DNA from: Candidatus Staskawiczbacteria bacterium
GTDB taxonomy: Bacteria; Patescibacteriota; Minisyncoccia; Minisyncoccales; Staskawiczbacteraceae
Assembly (NCBI GenBank): GCA_903831095.1
Contig: CAIKWD010000026.1
Span: 29,290 to 93,289, forward strand
Direction of reading: 5' to 3'
DNA length: 64,000 bases
Of the stretch, positions 53,467-63,850 are shown piece after piece (within the stretch, counting starts at the first letter, position 1; the number at the start of each line of letters is the position of its first letter). The notes beneath the pieces are model-generated. The model worked only from the letters and a program-made list of their open reading frames with translations. It was not told the DNA's origin and made no database searches. Position numbers and translations under genes: made by a program.

Positions 53467-53505
53467 GCTTACTTTTAACTTACGCCAACCCAATATGTTT
53501 GTCAA

Positions 53506-54063
53506 CTATTTCCCTAGGGCTTTTAACGCGATTTTTATACGCTCTTCGCTATTTTTAATATTATCTGGTACATGGTTTAAAGCATCTTTGGCTTGCTGTT
53601 TGGAAAAACCAAGTTGCATTAAAGCTCCTTCTGCCTCGTCGGCATTATCTTTCTTTTGCCCTAGCATTTTTATTTTGCCTGTAAGTTCTAAAATAATTGT
53701 CATAGCTTTTTTAGAACCAATTCCAGGTATGCCTTCAAAAATCTTTTCGTCCTGTTTTAAAATCCTGTCTTTTATCTTATCCAAAGAACCCAAGGCTGAA
53801 ATATCCAAAGCAGACTTTGGACCAACTCCGCGTATGTCCATTAAAGTTTCAAAAAATTCCAAACCTTCGTAAGTTGGAAAACCATAAAGATCCAAAGCTT
53901 CCTCCTTCACATTTTGGTATATAAAAAGCTTGATTGGCTCGCCAATTTCTGGTAAAGTTATCATGCTCTGGCGGGACAAAAAAACCTTGTAGCCAATATT
54001 GGCCACTTCAACTATAATAAATTTGTCACGCTTTAGTATGATTTTTCCGTATAAATAAGATAT
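53506..54063 (-). CDS. ruvA: Holliday junction DNA helicase RuvA
   Basis: MISYLYGKIILK...VEVANIGYKVFL OB domain, HhH motifs (GIGSKKA, IRGVGPKSA) and a C-terminal domain. The start is set at the internal Met; the ORF track gives 54099. Confidence 0.85.
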   Translation of the reverse strand: MSYLYGKIILKRDKFIIVEVANIGYKVFLSRQSMITLPEIGEPIKLFIYQNVKEEALDLYGFPTYEGLEFFETLMDIRGVGPKSALDISALGSLDKIKDRILKQDEKIFEGIPGIGSKKAMTIILELTGKIKMLGQKKDNADEAEGALMQLGFSKQQAKDALNHVPDNIKNSEERIKIALKALGK

Positions 54064-54087
54064 CATAAGTTTATATGCTTTATTACA

Positions 54088-56076
54088 TTGTATATGCAAT
54101 TTGAAGTAAAATCAAAGTTCAAGCCAAAGGGCGACCAGCCTCAGGCAATAAAAAAATTGACTGAGAACTTAAAAGCCGGGGTTAAAGACCAGGTGCTTTT
54201 GGGCGTTACTGGGTCTGGAAAGACTTTTACAATGGCTAAAGTCATAGAAAAAATACAAAAACCCACTTTGGTCATTTCCCCCAACAAAACTTTAGCTGCC
54301 CAGCTTTACCAGGAATTCAAAGAATTTTTCCCAAACAATGCTGTGCACTATTTTGTCTCATATTACGACTACTATCAGCCTGAAGCCTATATTCCCCAGT
54401 CAGACACATATATAGAGAAAGATGCAAAAATAAACGAAGAAATAGACAGGCTAAGGCATGCGGCAGTCCAAGATGTGACTATGAGAAAAGATGTAATTGT
54501 TGTAGCTTCGGTTTCCTGCATTTACAACATTGGCTCACCAGAAAACTATGAAAATGTTTCGCTAGAAATAACAAAAAACCAAAAAATAAAAAGAAAAGAT
54601 TTTTTAATTCTGTTAAACAATTTGCAGTACCAAAGAAATGATATTGATTTTAAACCTGGCATGTTTCGCGTGCGCGGAGACATTGTAGAAATATATATTG
54701 TAACAGGCGAAAAAATAATTCGCGTGGAATTTTTTGGAGATACCATAGACAAAATTTCAGAAACTTTGCCAGGATTTGGACAAAAGTATAAAAGTTCTGG
54801 AGACAAGCTCAGACTCTTCCCCGCTCACTTTTGGGTGACACCTCAAGACAAAGTTAACATTGCCATAAACAATATAAAGCTGGAATTAGAACAAAGATTA
54901 AAAGAATTAAAAAAACAAAATAAATTAGTTGAAGCTCAAAGGCTTGAGCAAAAAACAAATTACGATTTAGAAATGCTTAAGGAAACTGGCTGGTGCAACG
55001 GCATAGAAAACTATTCCAGCCATATGGAATTTAGAAAACCAGGCCAGGCCCCATTTTCCCTGGTTGATTATTTTGATTATTTTAACCCTTCGACGGGCTC
55101 AGAGCAGGCCCAGGGCGGTTCTTTAATGTTTATAGACGAGTCGCATATTTCTATTTCCCAAATTAGGGCCATGGCAATACAAGACAAAATAAGAAAAGGC
55201 ACTTTAATAGACTTTGGATTCCGCCTGCCTTCAGCCATAGATAACCGGCCCTTAACTTTTGCTGAGTTTGAAAAGCGCCAAAAGCAAACAATTTATGTTT
55301 CTGCTACGCCAGCTACTTTTGAAAAACAAAAAGCTGGCAAAAATATTATTGAGCAAATTATTAGACCTACAGGATTATTAGAACCAGTTATTGAAATTAA
55401 AAAAACTGACAACCAAATAAAAGACTTAATAGAAGAAATAAAAAAACAGGTTGAGAAAAAACACAGGACTTTGGTTGTGACAATTACAAAAAGACTAGCT
55501 GAAGAAATAACCAATTATCTTGTTGACCGGGGCATTAAAACCCAATATCTACACTCGGAAGTAAAAACCATGGAACGACCTAAAATACTAAAGGAATTTC
55601 GTGAGGGCAAATATGACGTTTTAGTGGGCATAAACCTTTTAAGAGAAGGCTTAGATTTGCCAGAGGTTTCTTTAGTTGCAATTTTAGATGCCGACAAGGA
55701 GGGTTTTTTAAGAAACGAAACAACCTTAATTCAAACAATGGGCCGAGCTGCCCGTCATCAAAATGGCAGGATAATTTTGTATGCAGACAAAACAACCATG
55801 TCTATGGAGTCTGCAATTAACGAAATAAATAGAAGAAGAAAAATACAACAGGCATACAACAAAAAACACAACATAACTCCCAAAACAATTATTTCTGGCA
55901 TACGCGAATGGGGATTTTCCAAAAAAGAAGACATTGATTCGGAATTCTGGATGATTCAAGACAAAGAAACTCTAGAGAAAGAAATGAAAATAGCTGCCAA
56001 AAATTTAGACTTTGAGCGGGCAGCGGAAATTCGCGATTTGATTAAAAAATTAGAGACAACAAAAAAGCCCGTTTAA
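54088..56076 (+). CDS. uvrB: Excinuclease ABC subunit B
   Basis: 662 aa with a Walker A (GVTGSGKTFTMA), the beta-hairpin region, helicase motifs and a C-terminal UvrC-binding domain (FERAAEIRDLIKKLE). Confidence 0.9.
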   Translation: MYMQFEVKSKFKPKGDQPQAIKKLTENLKAGVKDQVLLGVTGSGKTFTMAKVIEKIQKPTLVISPNKTLAAQLYQEFKEFFPNNAVHYFVSYYDYYQPEAYIPQSDTYIEKDAKINEEIDRLRHAAVQDVTMRKDVIVVASVSCIYNIGSPENYENVSLEITKNQKIKRKDFLILLNNLQYQRNDIDFKPGMFRVRGDIVEIYIVTGEKIIRVEFFGDTIDKISETLPGFGQKYKSSGDKLRLFPAHFWVTPQDKVNIAINNIKLELEQRLKELKKQNKLVEAQRLEQKTNYDLEMLKETGWCNGIENYSSHMEFRKPGQAPFSLVDYFDYFNPSTGSEQAQGGSLMFIDESHISISQIRAMAIQDKIRKGTLIDFGFRLPSAIDNRPLTFAEFEKRQKQTIYVSATPATFEKQKAGKNIIEQIIRPTGLLEPVIEIKKTDNQIKDLIEEIKKQVEKKHRTLVVTITKRLAEEITNYLVDRGIKTQYLHSEVKTMERPKILKEFREGKYDVLVGINLLREGLDLPEVSLVAILDADKEGFLRNETTLIQTMGRAARHQNGRIILYADKTTMSMESAINEINRRRKIQQAYNKKHNITPKTIISGIREWGFSKKEDIDSEFWMIQDKETLEKEMKIAAKNLDFERAAEIRDLIKKLETTKKPV

Positions 56077-56092
56077 CCGGACTTTTTTCTTT

Positions 56093-58387
56093 CTAATTTT
56101 TCTTAATTTTGTCTTTAACCTTAGCAATTTCCTCTTTGAGCTTATCAATCTTCTTTTTAATTTCACTAGCCTCTTTTTTTTGAAAAAACTTTCTCCCATC
56201 TAATAATGTTTTCTCTAAAGAATCCAATGATGACTCCAAATTTTCTTTTGACTTTTTTCTGTTAATATCATTTACAATACGCGCAATCTGTAAATTTATG
56301 TAATCCTCTGTTGCCTCTTTGCGTATTTTTTCCATCTTTTCATCAAGCATTTTTATTTTAGAAAGATCAACCCCACCCTCTTTTGCTTCCTTGATATTTA
56401 GGATTAATTTATCAACCCTGCTAGGCAAAACTGTTTTACCAGATTTTAAATCTAAATTGAACTTAGTTAATTGTTTTTTAACATAAGCTGAATCAATAGA
56501 TTTTTTTTCTTCTTCTTTTTTATTTATCTTTTCGCTTTTTCTTACAGTTTTTTTAACTGGTTTTTCGTCCTCTACTTCTAATTCAACAGTCTCTGTTGTG
56601 CTAATACCTAATTCTCCAAGTGAATTAGCCTTGTTATTTGACTTTGTTAATGCTTTATCATCTTCTAGATTTTCCGCTTTAGATACAATATTTTCTGCAG
56701 TTGTAACTTGGCCATTCTTACTTTCAGGCACCTCACCTGCTTCTTTTTCAGTTGGTTTCTCTAAACTATTATTTTTTAACCGTTCTGACATCATTCTGTT
56801 CGCTTCTTCATTTAAAACCATCAATTTATTCCACTTTTCAGTTGTTGCTACACCATCGCCCTCCATTATCAACTTTTTCCTCTCAGCCATTAATTTTTCG
56901 AAAAGAACATCTCCTAAGGGCATCCTATTATAATCATCATAGTTGAAATTTACATTTGGCGCCATTTTTTCCTCTGGCTTTGGATCTTTTCCCTCACTAT
57001 TTGGTTCTCCAGTCTTTGGCAAAACTGGCTCATCTTGTCTTTTTTCTTCAGATCCCAGAGTTTTCAATATGATTGGTCTCGCTGTTTCTGGCTCAACCGG
57101 GTTAGACTCATCTTTTGATTTTTCATCGGGTGGCAAGTTTGGCACAGCTTCTTCTGTTTTTTTAGGCCTAAAAAATTTAAGCTTAGGGGGTTTTATCGCT
57201 TCAGGTTCAACTGGCGGGATGATTGTCGACTCCTTATTTTCTGTGGGCTTTTTATCTTGCTTATTTTTTATACTTTCGTCAAATTCATTTACAGCTTGCC
57301 AAATTATTTCTTTTGCACAAGCATTTTTAGTATCTACTAATTTTTTCCTTGCTGAAGCAACTTTTTGATTTGCCATCTCTTCTGCTTCTTTACTTGTATC
57401 TTCTACAGCTTCTTTCAAAAATTTTTCAAAAAAATCTTTTTTACTATCATATGTAAAAACTTCACCACTCAATATTTTTTCTACTGATACTTTTTCAATT
57501 TTATTTTTTTTAGAAAACCAAAAATTTGATTTTTTAGCTTCTTTAACAACATATCCACCATTTATTAGCTTATCAAAAACAATAGTCCCTTCACTTCCTT
57601 CCAATCCTAACTTATTTTTCTCTTTTTCCATAAACTCTTCTATTTGTTCTTCTTTTAAGCCTGCATGCGTAAACTCAAAAATCCTTACAGCTCTTTCATG
57701 ATCCCTTTGTTTAATTTCTTCTTTAAATTTTTCTATCTTCCCCTGTCTATATGCCTCTATGGCTTTTTCCCCTCTAATAATATGCAACCCTTCTTCATTT
57801 AATTTTTTTATAGTTGCATATTTCCTCAATTTTCCAAGATTTTCTTCCCCATTTTTTAAATTCCTAAATTCTCGTGCTACTTCTTTAACTGACACTTTTA
57901 TATCTTTGTCTTCTTTATCAAGAATTTCCTTCGTAAGAAAATCTGCTGCATGTTTCTTTTCTTCTTCTGTTTTTTCAACTTTTACCCTCTCTGGTCTTAC
58001 CCATTCCTTGCTCGCTCCAATATTTCCCTCTGCATTATCATTTTTTTTATCTGAAACTTCTGTATTATCTACACCATTTATACTTTTCTTAAGTTTTTCT
58101 ATTTCTTCCTTATCTGCAGGCGAAATTTCTGGCTTATTAATTAAAGGTTTTTCATCACTTTTTCTTTCTGGAAATGGAACGGGTATCGCATTCCCTGCAG
58201 TTTCAACATATGATTTTTTACCATTCAAAATATCCCAAGCATCTTCTGGCTTAAGTTGACTAATATTTTCTTTGTTCAAACCTAACTCTCCCAACTTTTG
58301 TCTCATACCATTAGTAATCATTAAAGGCACTTTGACAGATTCCTCTTTATTATCTTTTTCTCTATTATCTGAATTTATTTCTGACAT
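56093..58387 (-). CDS. Large hypothetical K/E-rich, low-complexity coiled-coil protein
   Basis: 764-aa ORF. No catalytic motif recognised. Confidence 0.4.
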   Translation of the reverse strand: MSEINSDNREKDNKEESVKVPLMITNGMRQKLGELGLNKENISQLKPEDAWDILNGKKSYVETAGNAIPVPFPERKSDEKPLINKPEISPADKEEIEKLKKSINGVDNTEVSDKKNDNAEGNIGASKEWVRPERVKVEKTEEEKKHAADFLTKEILDKEDKDIKVSVKEVAREFRNLKNGEENLGKLRKYATIKKLNEEGLHIIRGEKAIEAYRQGKIEKFKEEIKQRDHERAVRIFEFTHAGLKEEQIEEFMEKEKNKLGLEGSEGTIVFDKLINGGYVVKEAKKSNFWFSKKNKIEKVSVEKILSGEVFTYDSKKDFFEKFLKEAVEDTSKEAEEMANQKVASARKKLVDTKNACAKEIIWQAVNEFDESIKNKQDKKPTENKESTIIPPVEPEAIKPPKLKFFRPKKTEEAVPNLPPDEKSKDESNPVEPETARPIILKTLGSEEKRQDEPVLPKTGEPNSEGKDPKPEEKMAPNVNFNYDDYNRMPLGDVLFEKLMAERKKLIMEGDGVATTEKWNKLMVLNEEANRMMSERLKNNSLEKPTEKEAGEVPESKNGQVTTAENIVSKAENLEDDKALTKSNNKANSLGELGISTTETVELEVEDEKPVKKTVRKSEKINKKEEEKKSIDSAYVKKQLTKFNLDLKSGKTVLPSRVDKLILNIKEAKEGGVDLSKIKMLDEKMEKIRKEATEDYINLQIARIVNDINRKKSKENLESSLDSLEKTLLDGRKFFQKKEASEIKKKIDKLKEEIAKVKDKIKKN

Positions 58388-58451
58388 TTTTTTACAATAA
58401 ATTTATTTTATACTTAATTTTACCATTGCAGAAAAAATCCGTCAAACAATA

Positions 58452-58482
58452 AAAAAGCTGGCATAAAAACCAGCTCATTAGT
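58452..58482 (-). terminator. Intrinsic terminator AGCTGG-TTTTTATG-CCAGCT plus T-run, downstream of the radical SAM gene
   Basis: A 6-bp stem followed by TTTTTTATTG on the minus strand. Confidence 0.55.
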
Positions 58483-58502
58483 AAAATTACATTAATTGCC
58501 AA

Positions 58503-60161
58503 CTAAGGTACGGCATGAGGACATATTGGAATATCTGGGCGGTCTATTACCGCTTTATTGCGCTCATAAAAAGTTGGAGGTTCATAGGTAAAACCTTCGG
58601 CCAGCCTTTTTTCTTCTTTGCGAATTTTGCGTAACAACCAATAGCCTCCAACAAAAGAGAACAAGCGAGACTTCCAGCCGAATTCGGCGTGTAGTCTCTG
58701 TAATAAGTCCTCCATTTTAGCATGCATTACTTTATTATCTTTATAATAAAGTTTAGTTGCTCCAACCAATGCTGAATAACCTGTGGCAAGATCTCTTGCC
58801 TCCCAGGTAAAGCGATTCCTAACACATGAGTCTAGGTGATTTTTGTATTTCAGCCAGCCTTTCAGTGTAGTTTCAGCAATTCTGACAATACTGGGGCCAT
58901 TAACTTCGAAATCTCGGTTAAATGCCCTAATCATTATCTCTGCTGTCTGTTCATCGCTAAAATTTGGATGCTTATATGGAAGAATTGTCTGTCCGGTTAT
59001 TTTATCAGGAGAACATTCACTTCTCCCTTTCATTACACCTGCTTTACTCATTTCTTCATAAAGCTGTGTCCCGGGGTTTGGAGTATAAAGCATAAATTGA
59101 TGGAAATCAGAGTCATGCTTTACTGCATACTCAATAACCCTGTCAATATTTTCTGGCGAATGATCTTCAAGCGCCATAATTGTTGACCCAAGTACGCGAA
59201 TGCCGTTTGACTGTAGCTTCTGCACCAACTCAAATGTATCAACGCCTTTGAGTTTGTCATACCGGCTATCTTTGCCTTCCAAGCCCATCCAAACCCAGGA
59301 AATTCCCAGGCGGACAATTTGGTCCATTGTGTAAGACTGCAAAACTTTTGCAGATGTAAACACATAAATCGACCAGGCTTTGTTGTTTTTTTCCATTAAT
59401 TCCAACAACCTCAATGCACGAGCGCGATGAAAAAGAAAATTCTCATCCATCATGAAAAACGAACGGACTTTTAAACTTTTGGCAACCTGTTCCATAACCG
59501 AAAACAGTTCGTCGCCAGTTTGATAAAAGTCAATCCACTTACCTTTTCCGCCAAACATAGCGGAGGTTGAGCAGAAATTGCATCCAAGAGGACATCCTAC
59601 CGAAGGAATAATCACAGCTGCAACATCTCCACTGACAGGTACACCCGCACTCCGTGGATTTAATCCAGAAATAGTTATTGGATGATTTATTGGACGATTT
59701 ACGTCTTCGCCCAAATAATGTCGAAACCAACGAATACCGTCGCCTTTAACAACATAATCAGCTCCAATTTGCTCTTTCAAGCCCGCAACATTGGCAATGT
59801 GTCCGCCGACAACAATTCCAGTATTTGGCTGATATTGTTTGATAAGCTCGCACATTTTCTGGACTTTAAAGACATTGGAAATAATTGACGAAATGCCAAT
59901 TATGTCATAGTGTTGTGTGCGGATTTCCTCTATAAAACGCTCAAGCGTGGGGAAATCCAATAATATGCATGGCGAATTAATATTCGCCTGAATCATCATT
60001 AAACCCCAACTGCGATGAAACATCCGCAAGGAAAACGGGCCTTGAGTCCGTGTAACTTGGTTTTGATAAAGCTCCATTGGATTTAACTTTCCATACTCGT
60101 TATCTTGACCATATGGACCAAAAACACTACACAAAAGCACTTTTTTTATTTTGTCATTCAT
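58503..60161 (-). CDS. B12-binding-domain radical SAM protein (class B radical SAM family)
   Basis: 552 aa with an N-terminal cobalamin-binding Rossmann-like region (DIIGISSIISNV...IVVGGHIA) and a radical SAM CxxxCxxC (CPLGCNFC). G+C is higher than its neighbours. Confidence 0.8.
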   Translation of the reverse strand: MNDKIKKVLLCSVFGPYGQDNEYGKLNPMELYQNQVTRTQGPFSLRMFHRSWGLMMIQANINSPCILLDFPTLERFIEEIRTQHYDIIGISSIISNVFKVQKMCELIKQYQPNTGIVVGGHIANVAGLKEQIGADYVVKGDGIRWFRHYLGEDVNRPINHPITISGLNPRSAGVPVSGDVAAVIIPSVGCPLGCNFCSTSAMFGGKGKWIDFYQTGDELFSVMEQVAKSLKVRSFFMMDENFLFHRARALRLLELMEKNNKAWSIYVFTSAKVLQSYTMDQIVRLGISWVWMGLEGKDSRYDKLKGVDTFELVQKLQSNGIRVLGSTIMALEDHSPENIDRVIEYAVKHDSDFHQFMLYTPNPGTQLYEEMSKAGVMKGRSECSPDKITGQTILPYKHPNFSDEQTAEIMIRAFNRDFEVNGPSIVRIAETTLKGWLKYKNHLDSCVRNRFTWEARDLATGYSALVGATKLYYKDNKVMHAKMEDLLQRLHAEFGWKSRLFSFVGGYWLLRKIRKEEKRLAEGFTYEPPTFYERNKAVIDRPDIPICPHAVP

Positions 60162-60267
60162 ACCTCTTCCCTCCTTATTAGTGTAAAATTTACTATATTT
60201 TGCTTATTTCAAAGATCAGTAATTACTAGAAAAACTGAGTTTTAACTATATCACAAGGGTAGGCCCA

Positions 60268-60296
60268 TTGCAAAAAAAATAAGAGTGTGGTATCTT
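60268..60296 (+). promoter_or_regulatory. Sigma70-like promoter TTGCAA-17nt-(TGg)TATCTT upstream of rpsT
   Basis: Reasonable spacing and an extended -10. About 20 nt upstream of the rpsT ATG. Confidence 0.4.
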
Positions 60297-60315
60297 TATT
60301 TTATATAAAAAACAT

Positions 60316-60579
60316 ATGGCAATAACAAAATCAGCAAAAAAAGCTATTAGACAGTCTGCAAAAAGAAAAGAGCAGAATTCAGTCTACAAAAATAATATAA
60401 AAAAGGTTGTTAAAGAAGCCCAGGCTTTGGTTACAGCCAAAAAGATGGATGAAGCTAAAAAACTTCTCCCAAAAATCTACGAGGCGCTAGACAAGGCAGC
60501 CAAAGTGGGAGTGATAAAGAAAAACAATGCTTCAAGAAGAAAATCAAGACTTACAAAATTAATAGATAAAAAAGCCTAG
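60316..60579 (+). CDS. rpsT: 30S ribosomal protein S20
   Basis: 87 aa; MAITKSAKKAIRQSAKRKEQN is the S20 N-terminus. Confidence 0.85.
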   Translation: MAITKSAKKAIRQSAKRKEQNSVYKNNIKKVVKEAQALVTAKKMDEAKKLLPKIYEALDKAAKVGVIKKNNASRRKSRLTKLIDKKA

Positions 60580-60600
60580 GTTCTGCCTAGGCTTTTTAGT
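60573..60600. terminator. Intrinsic terminator AAGCCTAGG-TTCTG-CCTAGGCTT plus T-run after rpsT
   Basis: A 9-bp stem followed by TTTTAGTTTGTTTG. Confidence 0.7.
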
Positions 60601-60609
60601 TTGTTTGTT

Positions 60610-61545
60610 TTATATCTCAGCAAGCAGTAAATCTAGCGCCAACTCAGGCTCTATCTTCCCCGTTTTGATGTCAAAATCTACCTGAAAAATCTTTTGGTAG
60701 ATTTTTTTTAGCCTTTCAAAAGTAAATTGATTACACAAATAAAAGCTTTTTTGGACCACAAAAGGGTGTATCCCGCTTTTTTTAGCAATCAAATTGTACG
60801 GCATTTTCATGTCCTGTAGTTCCTTTATAACCAGCAAGTTTCTAAACTGATAAGTAATCATAGAAAGCAGATAAAGTGGAGCGTCACCATTGTCCAAGTG
60901 TTTATGAAGTAAAGACAACGCTAAATTTTTGTCCTTGGAAGCCAAAGCATCAATTGTTTTAAAAATATCGCTTTCAGTATTTGGCCTAACCAATAATTCT
61001 ACATCTTTTTTTTCTACCACTCCCCCAGCCTTATAATTAGATAATTTATTTATTTCGTTTTCCATGGCCCACAAATCTCCTTTTATAGACCAAACCAGCA
61101 TTTCTAAAGCATCTGAATTTATTTTTATTTTATTCTTATCAAATTCCTGGGTTACCCATTTTTTAAGCATGGCAGGCTCCAAAAAACTAAACTCTTGGCA
61201 TTTAACATTTTTTTGAAGAGCTTTAAAAAACTTGGTTCTCTGATCTGGAGCCTCATCTTCGTAAACCACAACTATGTCCTTTAGCTCTTCTAAACTTTTT
61301 AAATTTTCTGTAAACTCTTCCTGAAATTTAGATTCCTTGAAAACATTTTTTAAAATTATAAGTTTCTTTTCAGCAAACATAGAGTTTACTTTAAGGTTGC
61401 TGTAAAAATCTTTAAAATCTTTTTCCTTAGCATCTATGTAAGCCAAACTCAACCCAGACTTGTGGATTTTTTTGTATTCTAAAATTATCTCTTCCAGTTT
61501 CCTTTTTGACCTATATGAATCTTCCCCAAAAATAAAGTAAATCAT
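60610..61545 (-). CDS. holA: DNA polymerase III delta subunit
   Basis: MIYFIFGEDSYRSKRKLEEII... is a HolA-like N-terminus. The start is set at the internal Met to avoid overlapping mutM; the ORF track gives 61593. Confidence 0.65.
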   Translation of the reverse strand: MIYFIFGEDSYRSKRKLEEIILEYKKIHKSGLSLAYIDAKEKDFKDFYSNLKVNSMFAEKKLIILKNVFKESKFQEEFTENLKSLEELKDIVVVYEDEAPDQRTKFFKALQKNVKCQEFSFLEPAMLKKWVTQEFDKNKIKINSDALEMLVWSIKGDLWAMENEINKLSNYKAGGVVEKKDVELLVRPNTESDIFKTIDALASKDKNLALSLLHKHLDNGDAPLYLLSMITYQFRNLLVIKELQDMKMPYNLIAKKSGIHPFVVQKSFYLCNQFTFERLKKIYQKIFQVDFDIKTGKIEPELALDLLLAEI

Positions 61546-61546
61546 A

Positions 61547-62422
61547 TTATAACTTTTGACAGAATGAGCAGAAGAATGAGCTTCTACCACCAATTTTTAT
61601 TCTTTTAATTTCTGCCCCACATCTTTTACATTTTTCTTCTTCTCGACTATAGACTTTTCTTTCAGTGTGAAAATTTCCTTTTGAACCGTCTACTTTTCTA
61701 TAATCAGAAAAACTATCCCCACCAAGCTTAATACCAAGTTCTAAAATCTTTATTATTGTCTGATAAAGTAACTTTAACTCTTTTTCTTTTATGTTTGCAA
61801 CATTTGTTTGCGGATGTATTTTTACCTGCCACAAAATTTCTGAAGCATAAATGTTCCCAATGCCTGCTATCACTTTAGGATCCATTAAAACCTGCTTTAT
61901 TTTTCCTTTCTTATTTTTAAAAACTTCCTTGAATTTTTCAAAAGTAAATTTTTTATCCAGAGGTTCAGGTCCTAAATCTTTCAAATCACTAGAGTCCAAC
62001 AAGTCTTTTGTTTTCCATAATTCTAACTTGGCAAATTTTCTGGCATCAGAAAGCGCTAACATATTTTTGTCATCCAGAAAAAATATTATATGCAAAAATC
62101 TATTATAGGGGTCATTCAACGGACCTACTTTAATTGGCTTCCATTTTCCCTCAATTTGCTTCCACTTGCCTACCAAAAGATGCCCAGTCATTTTTAAGTG
62201 CACCAAAAGAGAATACCCCTCAGACAAATCAAAAATAATATTTTTAGCTCTGCGCCAAACTTTTATTATTTTTTTATTTTTTATTTCTCTTTCAAATTGC
62301 TTGAAGTCTTTCGGTTTTTTTACTAATTTACTCCAGTCTGTCCAAACATCAACAAAGGCCCTTTTAAGGACCTTTGAATTTAAACCGTTTACAGTTGTTT
62401 GAACTTCTGGAAGCTCTGGCAT
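61547..62422 (-). CDS. mutM: Formamidopyrimidine-DNA glycosylase
   Basis: 291 aa. N-terminal MPELPEV (catalytic Pro2, Glu3), H2TH, and a C-terminal zinc finger CKRCGAEI...CSFCQK. Confidence 0.85.
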   Translation of the reverse strand: MPELPEVQTTVNGLNSKVLKRAFVDVWTDWSKLVKKPKDFKQFEREIKNKKIIKVWRRAKNIIFDLSEGYSLLVHLKMTGHLLVGKWKQIEGKWKPIKVGPLNDPYNRFLHIIFFLDDKNMLALSDARKFAKLELWKTKDLLDSSDLKDLGPEPLDKKFTFEKFKEVFKNKKGKIKQVLMDPKVIAGIGNIYASEILWQVKIHPQTNVANIKEKELKLLYQTIIKILELGIKLGGDSFSDYRKVDGSKGNFHTERKVYSREEEKCKRCGAEIKRIKIGGRSSFFCSFCQKL

Positions 62423-62424
62423 AC

Positions 62425-62913
62425 TTATTTATTATTTGAAATTTCTTTCAGCTTATTAGATTCTTCTATTAGCCTTTCCAACTCAATTGTCCTATTTTTA
62501 ACTTTTTGTTCCAAAGCATTTATTATTTCCTCCAAATCATTGGTCTTGGCTTTTACTTTTATCCCAATAGACCTTTCAATATCTTCTTTCTGCACTCTGC
62601 TTTCCTTTAGATCTTCAGCAATTTTATTAAAAGTTTTTGCCAACTCTGCAAGCTCGTCTTTTGTGTCTAAATCAACCCTGCTAGACAGGTTCCCTTGGCT
62701 AAGCTCTACCGCTTTGCTCAATATTTTTTTAACATGCTTAGAAATGCTTTGGCCTATAGCTATACCTGAAAAAAATACAAAAACTACAATAAGCAGAATA
62801 GTAACATAAAAAGACTTGTCTATATTTTGATAACTTATTGAGACAAAAGCCAAAATGGCAAATATGCCGACCAAGATTACAGGTATCGCTATTTTTATTG
62901 TTAATTTTGACAT
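62425..62913 (-). CDS. Membrane protein with two TM helices and a HAMP-like domain
   Basis: 162 aa. TM1 and TM2 are followed by LSQGNLSSRVDLDTKDELAELAKTFNKIAEDL (HAMP signature). Confidence 0.45.
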   Translation of the reverse strand: MSKLTIKIAIPVILVGIFAILAFVSISYQNIDKSFYVTILLIVVFVFFSGIAIGQSISKHVKKILSKAVELSQGNLSSRVDLDTKDELAELAKTFNKIAEDLKESRVQKEDIERSIGIKVKAKTNDLEEIINALEQKVKNRTIELERLIEESNKLKEISNNK

Positions 62914-63779
62914 AATATATCTAAACGATTAATAAGTGAATTAAAATCTAATTTTTTAAATATTTCTATAACTTTATTTTTATCAAAAGTTACAAATTTA
63001 CAATCCTCAATTTTGAAATCTATATCAACGTCGTTTTTCATTTGAGCTAAATCGCGCGACATTAAAGCTGACTCTTTATTTATCTTCAACATCTCCTTAA
63101 CTTTTGGTTTTAAAACTGCGGTATCTGTGGCAAGCTCCTCATATAAGTTTTTTATACTGCCATATTTCTGAATAATTTCTGCAGCGGTTTTTTTGCCAAT
63201 TCCTTCAACTCCAGGAATATTATCTGAAGGGTCACCAGTCAAAGCTTTAAAATCTACCATTTGATTTGGGTTTACTCCAAATCGCTCTACTACCTTATTT
63301 ATATCATAAATTACTGTATCTTTGATACCCTTACCCAAAGTATAAACTTTTATATTCTCATTTATAAGTTGAGTGTTATCCAAATCTCCAGAAACAATAT
63401 ATATTTCCATATCTGAAACTTTTTTGCATATAGTAGCAATTAAATCATCAGCCTCAACTCCTTCCTTGGCAAACACTGGAATTCCAAAAGCTGCCAAAAC
63501 TTCCTTAGCAACTGGTATTTGTGAAATAATTCCAGATGGAGTCACTGGACGTTGAGCCTTGTATTCCAAATACATTTCATGCCTGAATGTTGGAGCTTTA
63601 GTATCAAAACAAGCAACAATATAGTCAGCTTTTAAGTCGCCAATAGCTTTAAACAAAGTCAGCAAATACCCATAAACAGCCCCAGTCTCCTGCCCACTTT
63701 TTGTCATCAAAGGCGGAAGCGCATGAAAAGACCTGTGCAACAGCGCATTAGAATCTATAATGATTAATCTCTTTGCCAT
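62901..63779 (-). CDS. 5'-3' exonuclease (stand-alone Pol I N-terminal / FEN-like domain)
   Basis: 292 aa. LIIIDSNALLHRSFHA..., the metal-binding acidic cluster and an H3TH motif. Confidence 0.85.
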   Translation of the reverse strand: MAKRLIIIDSNALLHRSFHALPPLMTKSGQETGAVYGYLLTLFKAIGDLKADYIVACFDTKAPTFRHEMYLEYKAQRPVTPSGIISQIPVAKEVLAAFGIPVFAKEGVEADDLIATICKKVSDMEIYIVSGDLDNTQLINENIKVYTLGKGIKDTVIYDINKVVERFGVNPNQMVDFKALTGDPSDNIPGVEGIGKKTAAEIIQKYGSIKNLYEELATDTAVLKPKVKEMLKINKESALMSRDLAQMKNDVDIDFKIEDCKFVTFDKNKVIEIFKKLDFNSLINRLDILCQN

Positions 63780-63850
63780 ATTTTATAATATCATATTGAA
63801 GAAACAAAAAAAATAACCCCGCTTGCCGAGGTTATTTAATAATCTAATAA

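Noticed and set aside
53288-53505. T-box riboswitch upstream of cimA/leuA
   Set aside because: The region is only about 170 nt and lacks the conserved T-box sequence (AANNNGGGUGGNACCGCG) and a specifier-loop architecture. The leader-peptide attenuator model fits much better.
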